A stretch of DNA of 63,316 bases, filler included, from Octopus bimaculoides (taxonomy: Eukaryota): assembly GCF_001194135.2 (NCBI RefSeq). It is 5 parts of 5 records of this genome, joined end to end, with 100 filler letters (N's around TTAATTAATTAA, not from the genome) between each part and the next. Parts side by side here need not be neighbours in the genome. Positions count along the whole stretch, not along the records: positions 1 to 26,139 come from NC_068993.1; 4 more parts are not named here. One strand, given 5' to 3'. The translations under genes and the position numbers were made by a program. The notes below the pieces were generated by a model, which was not told the origin of the DNA, made no database searches, and worked only from the letters and a program-made list of their open reading frames with translations. Positions 1 to 13,788 of this stretch are shown here, one piece after another (position 1 is the first letter of the stretch; each line of letters starts with the position of its first letter).

Positions 1-180
1 TCTCCCTCCTCCCCCTTGCCGTCTTTTAAGTTTAGGTCGCCATTGATATAATTACTCAGAATTGATCTGGATGTCAGCACATATCTACACTCGCCTTAAT
101 TGGTCGAGGATTTTCATAAATAGGCTCTGCGCATACGTGTATATGTATGTATATGTGTGTATACTTCCATATTTATAATC

Positions 181-183
181 ACG

Positions 184-250
<67 letters not shown>

Positions 251-316
251 ATGCATGCATACAATTAAACGCAGACGCGCATTCATATGCAGAGGAATAA
301 ATGTACACATCACATA

Positions 317-374
<58 letters not shown>

Positions 375-424
375 TACACACACGTAGGTATGTGTGCATA
401 TATGATGTAACAGAAGACAGAAAA

Positions 425-459
<35 letters not shown>

Positions 460-510
460 GTATATATATGTAGAGAGAGAGATGTGTGTGTGTGTGTGTG
501 TGTTTGTGTG
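181..510. repeat. Compound (CA)n/(TA)n/(TG)n microsatellite block, representative of dozens across the window
   Basis: Alternating dinucleotide runs read directly; source of the HTHT/YIYI/CVCV ORFs. Confidence 0.95.
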
Positions 511-1043
511 ATATATCTAATTAATTTAAAATTAATAAGAATCATAATTACCAGAGGAAGAATGTTGTGAGTATATATAAATTATAATCGCTCTCCTCTC
601 ACCACCCCCTCTTCCCCCCCTCTTTTTACTTCCCCACCCTATTCCTTCTCTCCCCTTTTCTCTCCCTCCTTCTCGCTTCTTTCCCTTTTCTTTCTCTGCC
701 ACCCCTTCTCTCCCACCTCACCTCCCGTTACTCTTGCTATCTGTCTGTTTTTCTCTCTCTCTCTCTCTGACCGTCTCTCTTTCACACACACACACACACA
801 AATGCATTATTGAAATGTTGATTAATGATATCCTGCTGCCAGTTTAAAGTTCTTGAGTTCGAATCACGGTGTAATAATTTACATACATTTCAGCTTAGTG
901 TACATACATTTCATTATATATATACACACACATACATACACGAGTGAGTAGACAGACGAAAGAAGGGCACTCAACATATTTATTGGGAGTTACATGCATG
1001 GATCAAAATAGTTTGATTCAAATTCGAATCACTGTTTTGACCC

Positions 1044-1076
<33 letters not shown>

Positions 1077-1330
1077 CACATATAATGTATGTCTGTGTGT
1101 GTGTATACACACACACACAAACACATACATACATATATATATAGATAAATAAAAGGACATGCATTGCAATATTAAAAAAAAAACGATAACTGAACATTTT
1201 AAAGTTGTTGCAACAATCATGACTAAGATATGAAATTAATAATAAGAAGAATAATGGTAATTATTATTATTATTTCCATCAGGGCGTAGGATGAGGGAGA
1301 CAATACATAATATGTAATATTGTATTTTAA

Positions 1331-1610
1331 AAGCCTTGTACTTATTCTATCGGTTACTTTTGCCGAACCGCTAACTTCTGGGGATGTAAACACAAACATA
1401 TACACATACATACATACATACGTACACACACACATATATATATATATATACACGACGGACTTCTTTAATTTTCCGTCTACCAAATCCACTCACGAGGCTT
1501 TGGTCAGCCCGCGACTATAGTAGGAGGCACTTGCCCAAGGTGCCACACAGTGAGACTGAACCCGGAGCCATGTGGCTGCGAAGCAAGCTTCTCCCCACAC
1601 AAACACGCCG
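1331..1610 (-). mobile_element. Abundant tRNA-related SINE, family B (internal microsatellite)
   Basis: Reverse complement of the gtgtgg..gcttgcttc..ccacatggttccgggttcagtc..ggcaccttgggcaagtg..gtagacggaaa..gttcggcaaaag..gatagaataagtac body seen in at least 15 copies in this window. Confidence 0.85.
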
Positions 1611-3109
1611 GTACCCTTGATGCTCAAAATCGTTTGAGTTGTTTATTGACCCCCTTGGATAGCCACACAAACCCTCTCCATCAGGGGGTCAGTATTGACC
1701 CTTCTGTTGATCCCTGATCTTGAGCGTCGTTCGCTTTCGAAGACGATAGGGTTTGTTGTTGAGTGAGATTTCGACCGACCTCGAAGCTGGGCAACTTCCG
1801 GTGCTAATTTTGTGGCCAAAAATTAATCTCGGACATCGGAAGCTACTCTAAAAGCTAAAAGCAAAGACCATGACAACATCTGATGAGAGACCTTGAGAAA
1901 TAATATTCCTTAATTACGAAGAAATTCCAAATGATTGCTTTGGAAGTTACTACTTTGATAGTACTGGTTGCATGAAAGGAAGTGAGATGGCGTAATAAAG
2001 ACACGTTTGTTAGTTCTGAAATGTGCACAGTGAGCAATCTTAGCAAATAGAACAGTAGCGTCCACCACTACAATAAGAATACTAATAAGTACCAAGAATA
2101 CTATTAAGTACCAGTTACGCACTGGGGTCGATGTAATCGACTTAATCCCTTTGTCCTTATATATATTACATTCTGAAGACTCCTTTTTTTTTTTTTTTAG
2201 CCAATTGACCGCTACCCTAAAAACTCCTCTCTTCACCGTTTTGTATCGTTTGGTTGACCGTTGTTAACACTGTACCAATTCACACACACTCACACATACA
2301 CACACACTACCGTATCCACATACTCAAGCATTCACAATTGACCACAACCTTCTCTCTCTCTCTCCTCTCTTTCCCCTCTCCCCCTTCTCTCTCTCCTCTT
2401 ATGCTCTTTACATTATCTTCCTCTCTTTTTTTAAATTTTTGTCGGTCATTTTGTTGTCCCTTTCATTCTCCCAGATTTTTTCCATCACCCCGCACCTCCT
2501 CTCTTTATGTATGTGTATGCACGCGTGTATGTTATGTATATGTGCACCTATATATGTGTGTGTGTGTATATGTATATGCACCTACATATTTCAAAGTCTC
2601 CCCGTCTTTCCCCGTTCCTCTCACCCTCACCCACACGATCCTCCCCTCCCCCCTCCCCCTCCTGGATCTCCATTCCAACTCATCCTAATGAAATCCTGTT
2701 ATCACAGCAATACAGTAATTAACAGACCCAATTATCTAATACTACCTTACACCCCCTAACCTCCCTACACACACACACACACACGCACACGCACACGGAC
2801 GCGCGCGCGCGCGGCTCATCCACGCCACTAATCCGACACATCCCTCCTGCCCTCCTTAATCCACCACCACCATCACATTCATCATCATCATCATATTGAA
2901 AGGATATTTTTATCGATATATCCAATTTATTCAATATATAACCCCTCTTACACACACACACAGCCTCTCTCTCTCTCTCTCTCTGCACACAATCTTATTC
3001 ATACACAAACACGCACTCTTACACAGACACACGCATTCAGGACACGCTTACACACTCATTCACACATACGTTTACATAAGAACATTCACACACACACACT
3101 CACACTCAC

Positions 3110-3140
<31 letters not shown>

Positions 3141-3532
3141 ACACCTCCAAACCAAAATTGCTTCACAGAACGAAATTAAATTCGTCCTGACCGCATTGAT
3201 AAGGAGACTAGTTTTACTACTACTACTACTACCACTGCTGCTGCTGTTGCTGCTGCTATTTATGTGTATGTGTATGTTTATAGATAGATACACATGTTTG
3301 GTAGTTATATGCAAGTCCATGAGTATGTGTGTGTACGTACATATACGTACACAAAGTGAGAGCTTGGAACGCACAAAGTGACTGAGCCGACACTTCGAAG
3401 TTACTCTCAGCTTCCTCCTACAAATGAATCATTCTGTACTTCAGTTGCATCAGGGATCTTTCAGTTAATTATTATTATTATTATTAAATAGCTTTATGTA
3501 AACATACATGCATATATATGTGTGTGTGTGTG

Positions 3533-3925
3533 TGTGTGTGGTTGCGTGGTAGGAAGGTTGCTTCCCAACCACATGAATCCAGGTTCAGTTCCTCTACGTG
3601 GCACCTTGGGCAAGTGTCTTCTCCTATAGCCCCTGGCTGACCAAAGCTTTGTGAGTAGATTTGGTAGACGGAAACTGAAAGAATCCTGTCGTATATATAT
3701 ATATATATATATGTATGTGTGCGTTTATTTGTGTCTGTGTTTGCCCCCCCCCGCTTGACAGCCGATGTTGGTGTGTTTACGTCCCCGTCACCTAGCGGTT
3801 CGGCAAAAGAGACCGATAGAATAAGAACTAGGCTTACAAAGAATAAGTCCTCGGGTCGCTTTGTTCGACTAAAAGTGGTACTCCAGCATGGCCGCAGTCA
3901 AATGACTGAAATAAAAGAAAAAAAG
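3533..3925 (+). mobile_element. SINE family B, near full-length
   Basis: GGTTCAGTTCC B-box-like head, ggcaccttgggcaagtgtcttc body, internal (TA)n, 3' half ending cagcatggccgcagtcaaatgactgaaataaaag. Confidence 0.9.
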
Positions 3926-4395
3926 AAATATATATATATTCACACACACTCATGTACATGCACAGGCACACATATATATACAAACATTCATACAAACACA
4001 CACACATATACAAATGCACATACATACATACATACATATATACATACATCTACAGACCTATATTTGCATTATATACACACGCATGTATATGCTAGCATAC
4101 GTATAGATACACACACACATACACACATAATATATTCACAGTGTAGGTTTCACAGTGAGTTTTATCGTTGTCCAACCTGTTGTGTTTACACTTGATTAAT
4201 TTTAATTAACTCTCTCCACTACACCAACCTCTCGGTGCCTTTGTTAAATAAATGTTTCCCTGGAACTCTGGCAGACAACGGCAGCAGACGACGACTAAAC
4301 TCGTGGACATTCCCCGTTATGTCTTAAGAGTTAAAATATCTTTTTGTTTTCGTTTTGCAACCACCTGTGAGGTGTGATTACACCCCTCCTCTATG

Positions 4396-4431
<36 letters not shown>

Positions 4432-4526
4432 CCTACCTTTCTATGTATATGTCCCTCTATCTAGCTGACTGTCTAACTATCTACCCCTTTGTCTGCTCTG
4501 TTTTTTCCTTCCTGTTTTCTCTCAAG

Positions 4527-4582
<56 letters not shown>

Positions 4583-5000
4583 NNNNNNNNNNNNNNNNNN
4601 NNNNNNNNNNNNNNNNNNNNNNNNNNNNNNNNNNNNNNNNNNNNNNNNNNNNNNNNNNNNNNNNNNNNNNNNNNNNNNNNNNNNNNNNNNNNNNNNNNNN
4701 NNNNNNNNNNNNNNNNNNNNNNNNNNNNNNNNNNNNNNNNNNNNNNNNNNNNNNNNNNNNNNNNNNNNNNNNNNNNNNNNNNNNNNNNNNNNNNNNNNNN
4801 NNNNNNNNNNNNNNNNNNNNNNNNNCATACATATACACACACATACATACACACATACATATATGTATTATATATACCTATTATGATTATATGTATGTAT
4901 ATATATGTATATATATATGTTTGTATATATATATATATATATATATATATGCATTATATATGTATGTATGTATATATATGTGTATATATTATGTATATAC

Positions 5001-5040
<40 letters not shown>

Positions 5041-5242
5041 AAGAGAGAGAAAAGGTCGAGTTCTATTTCATCTTTTTCTCTGTGGGATTCCAAAGGTCGA
5101 TTTCTAATAAAGATTCTTCATATTACATTGGTACCTCTCACTGTTGTAAGAATTTCGCGAATATGAAAATGCTACAAGTATAAAAGTGTGTTATGAGTTT
5201 CTATAGGATACGTGTTCTATAAACGGTCATAACAAACTTTAT

Positions 5243-5288
<46 letters not shown>

Positions 5289-5857
5289 GTGTGTGTGTGA
5301 TAAAGTTAGTATTGCATCATTTGTATAAAACTCAAACGACGGCTTCGCCACCGCCGAAAAGACAACGACCGTCGCCCCCCGTCATCGCTGCTACCGTCTC
5401 TCTACTGATATCCCCCACCCCCTCTTTCATTTAACTTTACCTCCTCCAGCCACAACTCTTTCGTTTTAATTAGGTTAATATCATTTTAATTAGAGATTTC
5501 TTTGTTTGGCCTTATTTTTTTTAATAAAGTAATTCGATTTAACTTATAAAACGGCATTTGATGGTGCTGNNNNNNNNNNNNNNNNNNNNNNNNNNNNNNN
5601 NNNNNNNNNNNNNNNNNNNNNNNNNNNNNNNNNNNNNNNNNNNNNNNNNNNNNNNNNNNNNNNNNNNNNNNNNNNNNNNNNNNNNNNNNNNNNNNNNNNN
5701 NNNNNNNNNNNNNNNNNNNNNNNNNNNNNNNNNNNNNNNNNNNNNNNNNNNNNNNNNNNNNNNNNNNNNNNNNNNNNNNNNNNNNNNNNNNNNNNNNNNN
5801 NNNNNNNNNNNNNNNNNNNNNNNNNNNTATATATATATATATATATATACGCATATA

Positions 5858-5987
5858 TATATGTATGTATATATATGTATATATACACACGTATATGTAT
5901 GAATATGTATGTAGGCATATATGTATGTATATATATGTATATATACACACGTATATGTATGAATATGTATGTAGGCATATATGTATG

Positions 5988-5991
<4 letters not shown>
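5858..5991. repeat. 60-bp tandem duplication built from microsatellite-like sequence
   Basis: Lines starting 5881 and 5941 are identical for 50 nt (atatacacacgtatatgtatgaatatgtatgtaggcatatatgtatgtat). Confidence 0.9.
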
Positions 5992-6025
<34 letters not shown>

Positions 6026-6154
6026 TAGTATTATCTCACACACATACGAGTGTGTAATACCAATTATTTTTGTAATTAATTATGCTTGCATATTTTTATA
6101 TATAATTACTTCCAATAATGTGTATGGGTGAGGCAGGTGTATGTGCACATTCGA

Positions 6155-6190
<36 letters not shown>

Positions 6191-6228
6191 GCGCGCGTGA
6201 GTGAACTGTCAATCACTCCTGTTGCCAG

Positions 6229-6355
6229 GTATTGAGTGGGACAGTCTTAGATAAGAAGCAGTATTTCGCAATATATCTGCTGGTTTTCTCCAAGAGTATG
6301 GAACCGACACTGTCGCGTTACACCTCACATGCACAGCGTCGACTTTCGCAAACAG
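6229..6355 (+). other. Possible 127-nt exon (unverified)
   Basis: ttgccAG acceptor and CAG|GTAAAA donor; one frame open throughout (VLSGTVLDKKQYFAIYLLVFSKSMEPTLSRYTSHAQRRLSQT); weak pyrimidine tract; no recognisable homology. Confidence 0.2.
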
Positions 6356-6754
6356 GTAAAATGAATAAATAAATAAATAGTGAATAGATAAAATAATTAA
6401 AATTAAAAAAAAATAATGAACGAGAAAGCAAAACAATAAAGACAAATTTAATGGAACAACTGCTCGTGCGTGTATATGTATTCATATATAAATGCACATA
6501 CATTTCTGTGTACAGACGCCCATATATATATGACTATACGTTTGTGTGTGCATGTATATATATGTATGTGTGTATGCGTGCACTCTCTCCCTCTCTCTCT
6601 CTCCCACATACACAGTCTGTCTCCAACGATGTTTACATCTTACAAACTTGATGAAAAGCTAGCGGTATGTAATACCCTCTTATACACTCTTACGCATATA
6701 CATGCTTATATGTACACACTCACACACACAGATCATACATATTATATAAATTTA

Positions 6755-6825
<71 letters not shown>

Positions 6826-6946
6826 CTTAAATCTACTTACATGCATATATACATTTATTTACACACACGTACACACACACATATATATATACATACAAAT
6901 ATATATACACACATACATATTTATCTAAACACATACACACACACAC

Positions 6947-6982
<36 letters not shown>

Positions 6983-7728
6983 GTATACACACACACACAC
7001 ATATACAGCTAAGATCAAAGTGTAATACATGTAAGTAGGTATATATATNNNNNNNNNNNNNNNNNNNNNNNNNNNNNNNNNNNNNNNNNNNNNNNNNNNN
7101 NNNNNNNNNNNNNNNNNNNNNNNNNNNNNNNNNNNNNNNNNNNNNNNNNNNNNNNNNNNNNNNNNNNNNNNNNNNNNNNNNNNNNNNNNNNNNNNNNNNN
7201 NNNNNNNNNNNNNNNNNNNNNNNNNNNNNNNNNNNNNNNNNNNNNNNNNNNNNNNNNNNNNNNNNNNNNNNNNNNNNNNNNNNNNNNNNNNNNNNNNNNN
7301 NNNNNNNNNNNNNNNNNNNNNNNNNNNNNNNNNNNNNNNNNNNNNNNNNNNNNNNNNNNNNNNNNNTATATATATGACACATACACTTATATAAATGTGT
7401 GTATAATATGCATGTGTCTGTATGTGTGTGTCTCTATATATCTCTCTCTCTCTCTCTCCCTCTACGATTCTGGTTTTCATCTTTTTATCCCATTCCTTTT
7501 CATCTTATCGATTTCATTCATCTTTTGCTAAATGAACAAGATATTATTAAAGCATGTATGTGTGTATGCATTGTATGTTTGCGCGCGCGCGCACACACAC
7601 ACACGCACACACACACACACACACACACATATAATCTTTATATACGTGTGTGTTTATTTAGTGCTCCTTAATGGTGAATTACCGCCAATTGTAATTTACG
7701 ACGTTCGGTTCGTAACTGGCGTTGGCGG

Positions 7729-7769
<41 letters not shown>

Positions 7770-9502
7770 TGTCTATAAGCTAACGTGTGTGTATGTGTAT
7801 GTGCGTGCGTGTATACATACAAATGTGTGGTTGTATGCACATATGTACGTATATCTATACATATGGAGATGCATTTATTTGAAATATATATGTATGCATA
7901 TATATACATATATACAAACACACACACACAAATATATGCCTACACCTATATATATTTATATATACAAATTTGTATATCTACATATATATATGCATATATA
8001 TATGTATATATATATGTTTATGCATATATATTANNNNNNNNNNNNNNNNNNNNNNNNNNNNNNNNNNNNNNNNNNNNNNNNNNNNNNNNNNNNNNNNNNN
8101 NNNNNNNNNNNNNNNNNNNNNNNNNNNNNNNNNNNNNNNNNNNNNNNNNNNNNNNNNNNNNNNNNNNNNNNNNNNNNNNNNNNNNNNNNNNNNNNNNNNN
8201 NNNNNNNNNNNNNNNNNNNNNNNNNNNNNNNNNNNNNNNNNNNNNNNNNNNNNNNNNNNNNNNNNNNNNNNNNNNNNNNNNNNNNNNNNNNNNNNNNNNN
8301 NNNNNNNNNNNNNNNNNNNNNNNNNNNNNNNNNNNNNNNNNNNNNNNNNNNNNNNNNNNNNNNNNNNNNNNNNNNNNNNNNNNNNNNNNNNNNNNNNNNN
8401 NNNNNNNNNNNNNNNNNNNNNNNNNNNNNNNNNNNNNNNNNNNNNNNNNNNNNNNNNNNNNNNNNNNNNNNNNNNNNNNNNNNNNNNNNNNNNNNNNNNN
8501 NNNNNNNNNNNNNNNNNNNNNNNNNNNNNNNNNNNNNNNNNNNNNNNNNNNNNNNNNNNNNNNNNNNNNNNNNNNNNNNNNNNNNNNNNNNNNNNNNNNN
8601 NNNNNNNNNNNNNNNNNNNNNNNNNNNNNNNNNNNNNNNNNNNNNNNNNNNNNNNNNNNNNNNNNNNNNNNNNNNNNNNNNNNNNNNNNNNNNNNNNNNN
8701 NNNNNNNNNNNNNNNNNNNNNNNNNNNNNNNNNNNNNNNNNNNNNNNNNNNNNNNNNNNNNNNNNNNNNNNNNNNNNNNNNNNNNNNNNNNNNNNNNNNN
8801 NNNNNNNNNNNNNNNNNNNNNNNNNNNNNNNNNNNNNNNNNNNNNNNNNNNNNNNNNNNNNNNNNNNNNNNNNNNNNNNNNNNNNNNNNNNNTTCCACCA
8901 CCACCACCACCACCATCATCATCATCATTAACATCATAGCCGCCATCATCATCACCATCATCATCGTTTACAAATGCATAAAGCTTGTATGTCTTGTTTG
9001 ATGTTGTAGTTGTACGATGATTATGGTGGTGATTGTTGTTGTTGTTGTTGTTGGTTGTGTGTGTATGTGTGTGTGTGTGTTCGGTAATCTGGCCGAGTGC
9101 CATCCGTATATAGATAGAATCGAACGTAGACAAACACACACCTCCTACGCAAACACCCCCCCCCGCACACACACACACAACACATGCACAATTGAAACAT
9201 GCGTATACATAAAACTATAATCTACACGCAACCACACACCTACACACACCTACGCAACCACGTGGACGCACACACACACGTACACCTACATTGCTACTGC
9301 TCCTTTGTGTGTGTTTCGGCGCATGCGCACACACCCTCTGCTGAATGTGCATATCTGGACCAGGGTGAGACGAAAGGAAGTTGTGTGCACGCACGTGACC
9401 ACAACTCTAATGGCCACGTTGTACTCTTGCATACCTACAAACATTCATACATACACCTAGGTGTATATTTATGTGCATGTATACATACATACATACATAC
9501 AT

Positions 9503-9663
9503 GGGCGAGGGTGTGGCTGTGTGATAAGATTGCTTCCGAAGCTCATGGTTCCGGGTTCAGTCCCACTGCATGGCACCTTGAGCAAGCGTCTTCTAGTATA
9601 GCCTCGGACCAACCAAAGCCTTGTCAGTGAATTTAGAAAACAGAAACTGAAAGAAGCCCGTCG

Positions 9664-9696
<33 letters not shown>

Positions 9697-9852
9697 GTGT
9701 GTATGTGTGTGTGATAAGAAATGTGTTTCCCAACCACATGGTCCTGGGTTCAAGTCCCACTGCGTGGCACCTTGGGGCAAGTGTGTTCTACAGTTCCAGG
9801 CCTACCAAACCTTGTGCATTTGGTAGACGGAAACTGAAAGAAGCCCGTCGTG
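9503..9852 (+). mobile_element. Two tandem 5'-half copies of SINE family B
   Basis: Head-to-gaaactgaaagaagcccgtcg segment occurs at 9503-9664 and again at about 9709-9852. Confidence 0.85.
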
Positions 9853-10074
9853 TATATATATATATATATATATAGAAACCAGTGGTCTACCGTTGAGTTA
9901 AATGTTTTTAAGAGATAAATTTTGAAAAGCTGCATTCCCTCGCTTTCGGTAAATATGTTGCTTATTTTTGGTAGTTTTTTGACTTATTTAGTCCCTCGAT
10001 AGCGTGAGGCATTAATACACAATTAATGCCCTTTATATATATANNNNNNNNNNNNNNNNNNNNNNNNNNNNNNN

Positions 10075-10300
10075 AGTGTTTGTGTGTTTGTTTCCCGGCC
10101 ATCTCTTGACAACCGATGGTTGTGCTGGTGTGCTTACGTCCCCGTAAACTAGCGGTTCGGCAAAAAAGACCGATAGAATAAGTACTAGGCTTACAAAGAA
10201 TACGTCCTGGGGTCGATTTCTTCGACTGAAACCCTTTAAGGCATTGCTCCAGGATGGCCGCAGCCGAATGACTGAAACGAGTAAAAGAATGAAAGAATAT
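10075..10300 (+). mobile_element. SINE family B 3' half
   Basis: cttgacaaccgatg..gcggttcggcaaaaaagaccgatagaataagtactaggcttacaaagaat..gactgaaacgagtaaaag. Confidence 0.85.
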
Positions 10301-11219
10301 CTGTGTATGCACAGACATGTCGTTTTTACGTGACCTTGCGGGTGGGAGAGTAGCAGGATCAAGTGACTGAGGCAGCAGCCACGAAAAATGGTTGGGGTTA
10401 GGGGCCTTATTTTATTTAATTTATTTATTCATTGGATTTATTTATTGGATTTATTTCGGAAGGAGGAAACGAAAGAAATACAAAAGAAGGAAAAGAATCA
10501 CCGCGAAGTAAAAGACTTTGCAAAATCAACGGAGTTTCTTTTTCTTCGTTCTGACATCATTCATGGTTAACGGAAATTTCTTGGCAACCTGTTTCTAGGA
10601 CCGCAAGTAAGGAGGAGAAAAAGGCCCATCTTGAGAGACGAGGGTGTGCTCTGAAGTACCGAAATGTCTCCTTTTCAATCATGCATGGGGTGGGTTGGCA
10701 ACTTAGCGGTTGAGTCTCAAGCGTTAGACTAGTGGTTCTCAACCGAGGTTCACATGGCCCTTAGGGGTCCACAGAAGAGTTTGCTCCTTAAAATTTATGA
10801 TCAATAAACTGGTTAAACTTTGCGAGAAAATGGGGGTGGGGACGAGAAGAAGTCTTTCCTTCTACTCTGCTATTGTTAGTCCAATAATTCAAGTCAGGTA
10901 AAAAGTCTGTTGTTCTATCGAATGCTTAACTGTTTTTCTTTCCCAACTTAACCATTATGGTTGTTACGGGTGCGCATCGTACGTTTCTTCTTGGAACACT
11001 TGTCAAGAACAAATGAACCCGAGTTAAGTTTTTTCCTGCAGCGTGTGTGTGCGCGCGTGCTTAATTACTTTGTAGGGATCAAGTCTTATTGCATACGTAG
11101 CTTAATAATCTTTGATTGATCATCATCTGCTCTTGTGTCATCTATACAAGCCTCCTCGTTTATGCTTGAAGTCAACAAACGTTTTGACTACGTCCGTTTT
11201 GTATCTCGCTTCTTTATTC

Positions 11220-11227
<8 letters not shown>

Positions 11228-11290
<63 letters not shown>
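11228..11290. repeat. (TG)n microsatellite at contig end
   Basis: Pure TG run abutting an N gap. Confidence 0.95.
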
Positions 11291-12142
11291 NNNNNNNNNN
11301 NNNNNNNNNNNNNNNNNNNNNNNNNNNNNNNNNNNNNNNNNNNNNNNNNNNNNNNNNNNNNNNNNNNNNNNNNNNNNNNNNNNNNNNNNNNNNNNNNNNN
11401 NNNNNNNNNNNNNNNNNNNNNNNNNNNNNNNNNNNNNNNNNNNNNNNNNNNNNNNNNNNNNNNNNNNNNNNNNNNNNNNNNNNNNNNNNNNNNNNNNNNN
11501 NNNNNNNNNNNNNNNNNNNNNNNNNNNNNNNNNNNNNNNNNNNNNNNNNNNNNNNNNNNNNNNNNNNNNNNNNNNNNNNNNNNNNNNNNNNNNNNNNNNN
11601 NNNNNNNNNNNNNNNNNNNNNNNNNNNNNNNNNNNNNNNNNNNNNNNNNNNNNNNNNNNNNNNNNNNNNNNNNNNNNNNNNNNNNNNNNNNNNNNNNNNN
11701 NNNNNNNNNNNNNNNNNNNNNNNNNNNNNNNNNNNNNNNNNNNNNNNNNNNNNNNNNNNNNNNNNNNNNNNNNNNNNNNNNNNNNNNNNNNNNNNNNNNN
11801 NNNNNNNNNNNNNNNNNNNNNNNNNNNNNNNNNNNNNNNNNNNNNNNNNNNNNNNNNNNNNNNNNNNNNNNNNNNNNNNNNNNNNNNNNNNNNNNNNNNN
11901 NNNNNNNNNNNNNNNNNNNNNNNNNNNNNNNNNNNNNNNNNNNNNNNNNNNNNNNNNNNNNNNNNNNNNNNNNNNNNNNNNNNNNNNNNNNNNNNNNNNN
12001 NNNNNNNNNNNNNNNNNNNNNNNNNNNNNNNNNNNNNNNNNNNNNNNNNNNNNNNNNNNNNNNNNNNNNNNNNNNNNNNNNNNNNNNNNNNNNNNNNNNN
12101 NNNNNNNNNNNNNNNNNNNNNNNNNNNNNNNNNNNNNNNNNN

Positions 12143-12198
<56 letters not shown>
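12143..12198. repeat. (TTA)n microsatellite
   Basis: Pure run immediately 5' of a family D SINE. Confidence 0.95.
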
Positions 12199-12199
<1 letters not shown>

Positions 12200-12414
12200 G
12201 GCGGTGTTGTGCTGGCAGAATCGTTAGTACGCTGGGTAAAAAATGCTTTAAGCGGCAAGTCGCCCGTCGCTACGTTCTGAGTTCAAATTCCGCCGAGGTC
12301 GACTTTACCTTTCATCCTTTTGGGGTCGATAAATTAAGCGCCAGTGAAACGCTGGGGTCGATGTAATCGACATTTTCCCTTCCCCCAAAATGGCTGCCCC
12401 TGGGGCAAAGTTTG
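12199..12414 (+). mobile_element. tRNA-derived SINE, family D
   Basis: aggcggtg..gctggcagaatcgttag head, GAGTTCAAATTCC B box, gtcgactttacctttcatccttttggggtcgataaattaag core, att-repeat tail. Confidence 0.85.
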
Positions 12415-12663
12415 ATTATTGTTATTTCATTTATTGACCACAAGGGCCCAAGTCTTCGGGGACAGTATTGAAGAAAAGAGAAAATAGATGCACGGCAAAC
12501 ACATTTACTTCTCAGCGCCTTTCCTTCATTGGCTCGTCCGTCCTAAAACAGTATCTATCACACAGACACACACACGCACTCGCGCGCGATATATATATAT
12601 ATATTATAATGAGAAGTATAGACTATTTATATATGTGTGTGTGTATGTATGGGTACTTATGTA

Positions 12664-12977
12664 ACTTTTGCAGGTTTCAGTCTTTAGTCTGTGGCCATGC
12701 TGGGGCACGGCCTTGAAGAATTTTTTCGTTGAATTAATTGACCCCCAGTACTTATTCTGTCGAACACTTCCGCCGAACTGCTAAGTTACAAGGACGTAAA
12801 CACAGCAACATCGGTTGTTTAGCGGTGGTGACGGACAAACACACACACACACATATATATACACACGCGCAGTTTCCGTCTACCAAATCTATAGCCCGAG
12901 GCTGTAGAAGACACTTGCCCAAGGTGCCACGCAGTGGGACTGAAACCGGAACCATGTTCTTACCACACAGCCACGCC
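12664..12977 (-). mobile_element. SINE family B, internally deleted copy
   Basis: Reverse complement matches both halves of family B. Confidence 0.85.
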
Positions 12978-13118
12978 TTTCAATCTGCTTTTTGTGAGGT
13001 GCCACATTCAAACTTTACCAGTTAAGAGCACATCCATATAAATAAATGCGGCTTAATTTCTATTATTCCATAGTTATCCATCCACATTTGTCTAGCTGTC
13101 TGCCTCTCTATTTGTCTG

Positions 13119-13185
<67 letters not shown>
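13119..13185. repeat. (TATC)n tetranucleotide microsatellite
   Basis: About 16 consecutive tatc units. Confidence 0.95.
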
Positions 13186-13331
13186 GTCTGTCTGTCTTTA
13201 GATATACGCAGTTAATGTGTTTTTTAAGGCAGACGAAAATAACTTAAAGCATTGACTGAATATTACAGAAGAAAAAAAAAATCCCTCACGTACCAGTATA
13301 GAATCGAATCTGATATTTCTGAATAAACTTC

Positions 13332-13375
<44 letters not shown>

Positions 13376-13704
13376 TCTGTGGCCCGGGTTTATTGTTGTG
13401 GTTCTCGATGTGATTGTCATTTGTACCGTTATCGTTTTTGTTATTTTGTTTTTTTTGCTTTCCTGTCTCCTGTTTCTGGCCTTGTTGTTTCATGTTTTCT
13501 TCTTCTATTCTACCTAATGTAAGTGACACGTCTACATCCTGTGTGTGTGTGATGTATATATGTATAAAAAAATGTATGTATATCATATATGATAAATAAA
13601 ATTGTACAAGTGTAATATCAAGGTGTATAATGTGTACGTATTCGTATGTATGTATATATTTATATATATATGTATGTATTATATACACATATGTATAAAG
13701 ATAC

Positions 13705-13788
<84 letters not shown>

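Noticed and set aside
10730-10775. Solo hAT/Charlie-like termini (tagtggttctcaacc; also about 24775, 28598, 49925) and a Tc1-like end at 61340-61374
   Set aside because: No partner TIR or TSD found; too short to call an element.
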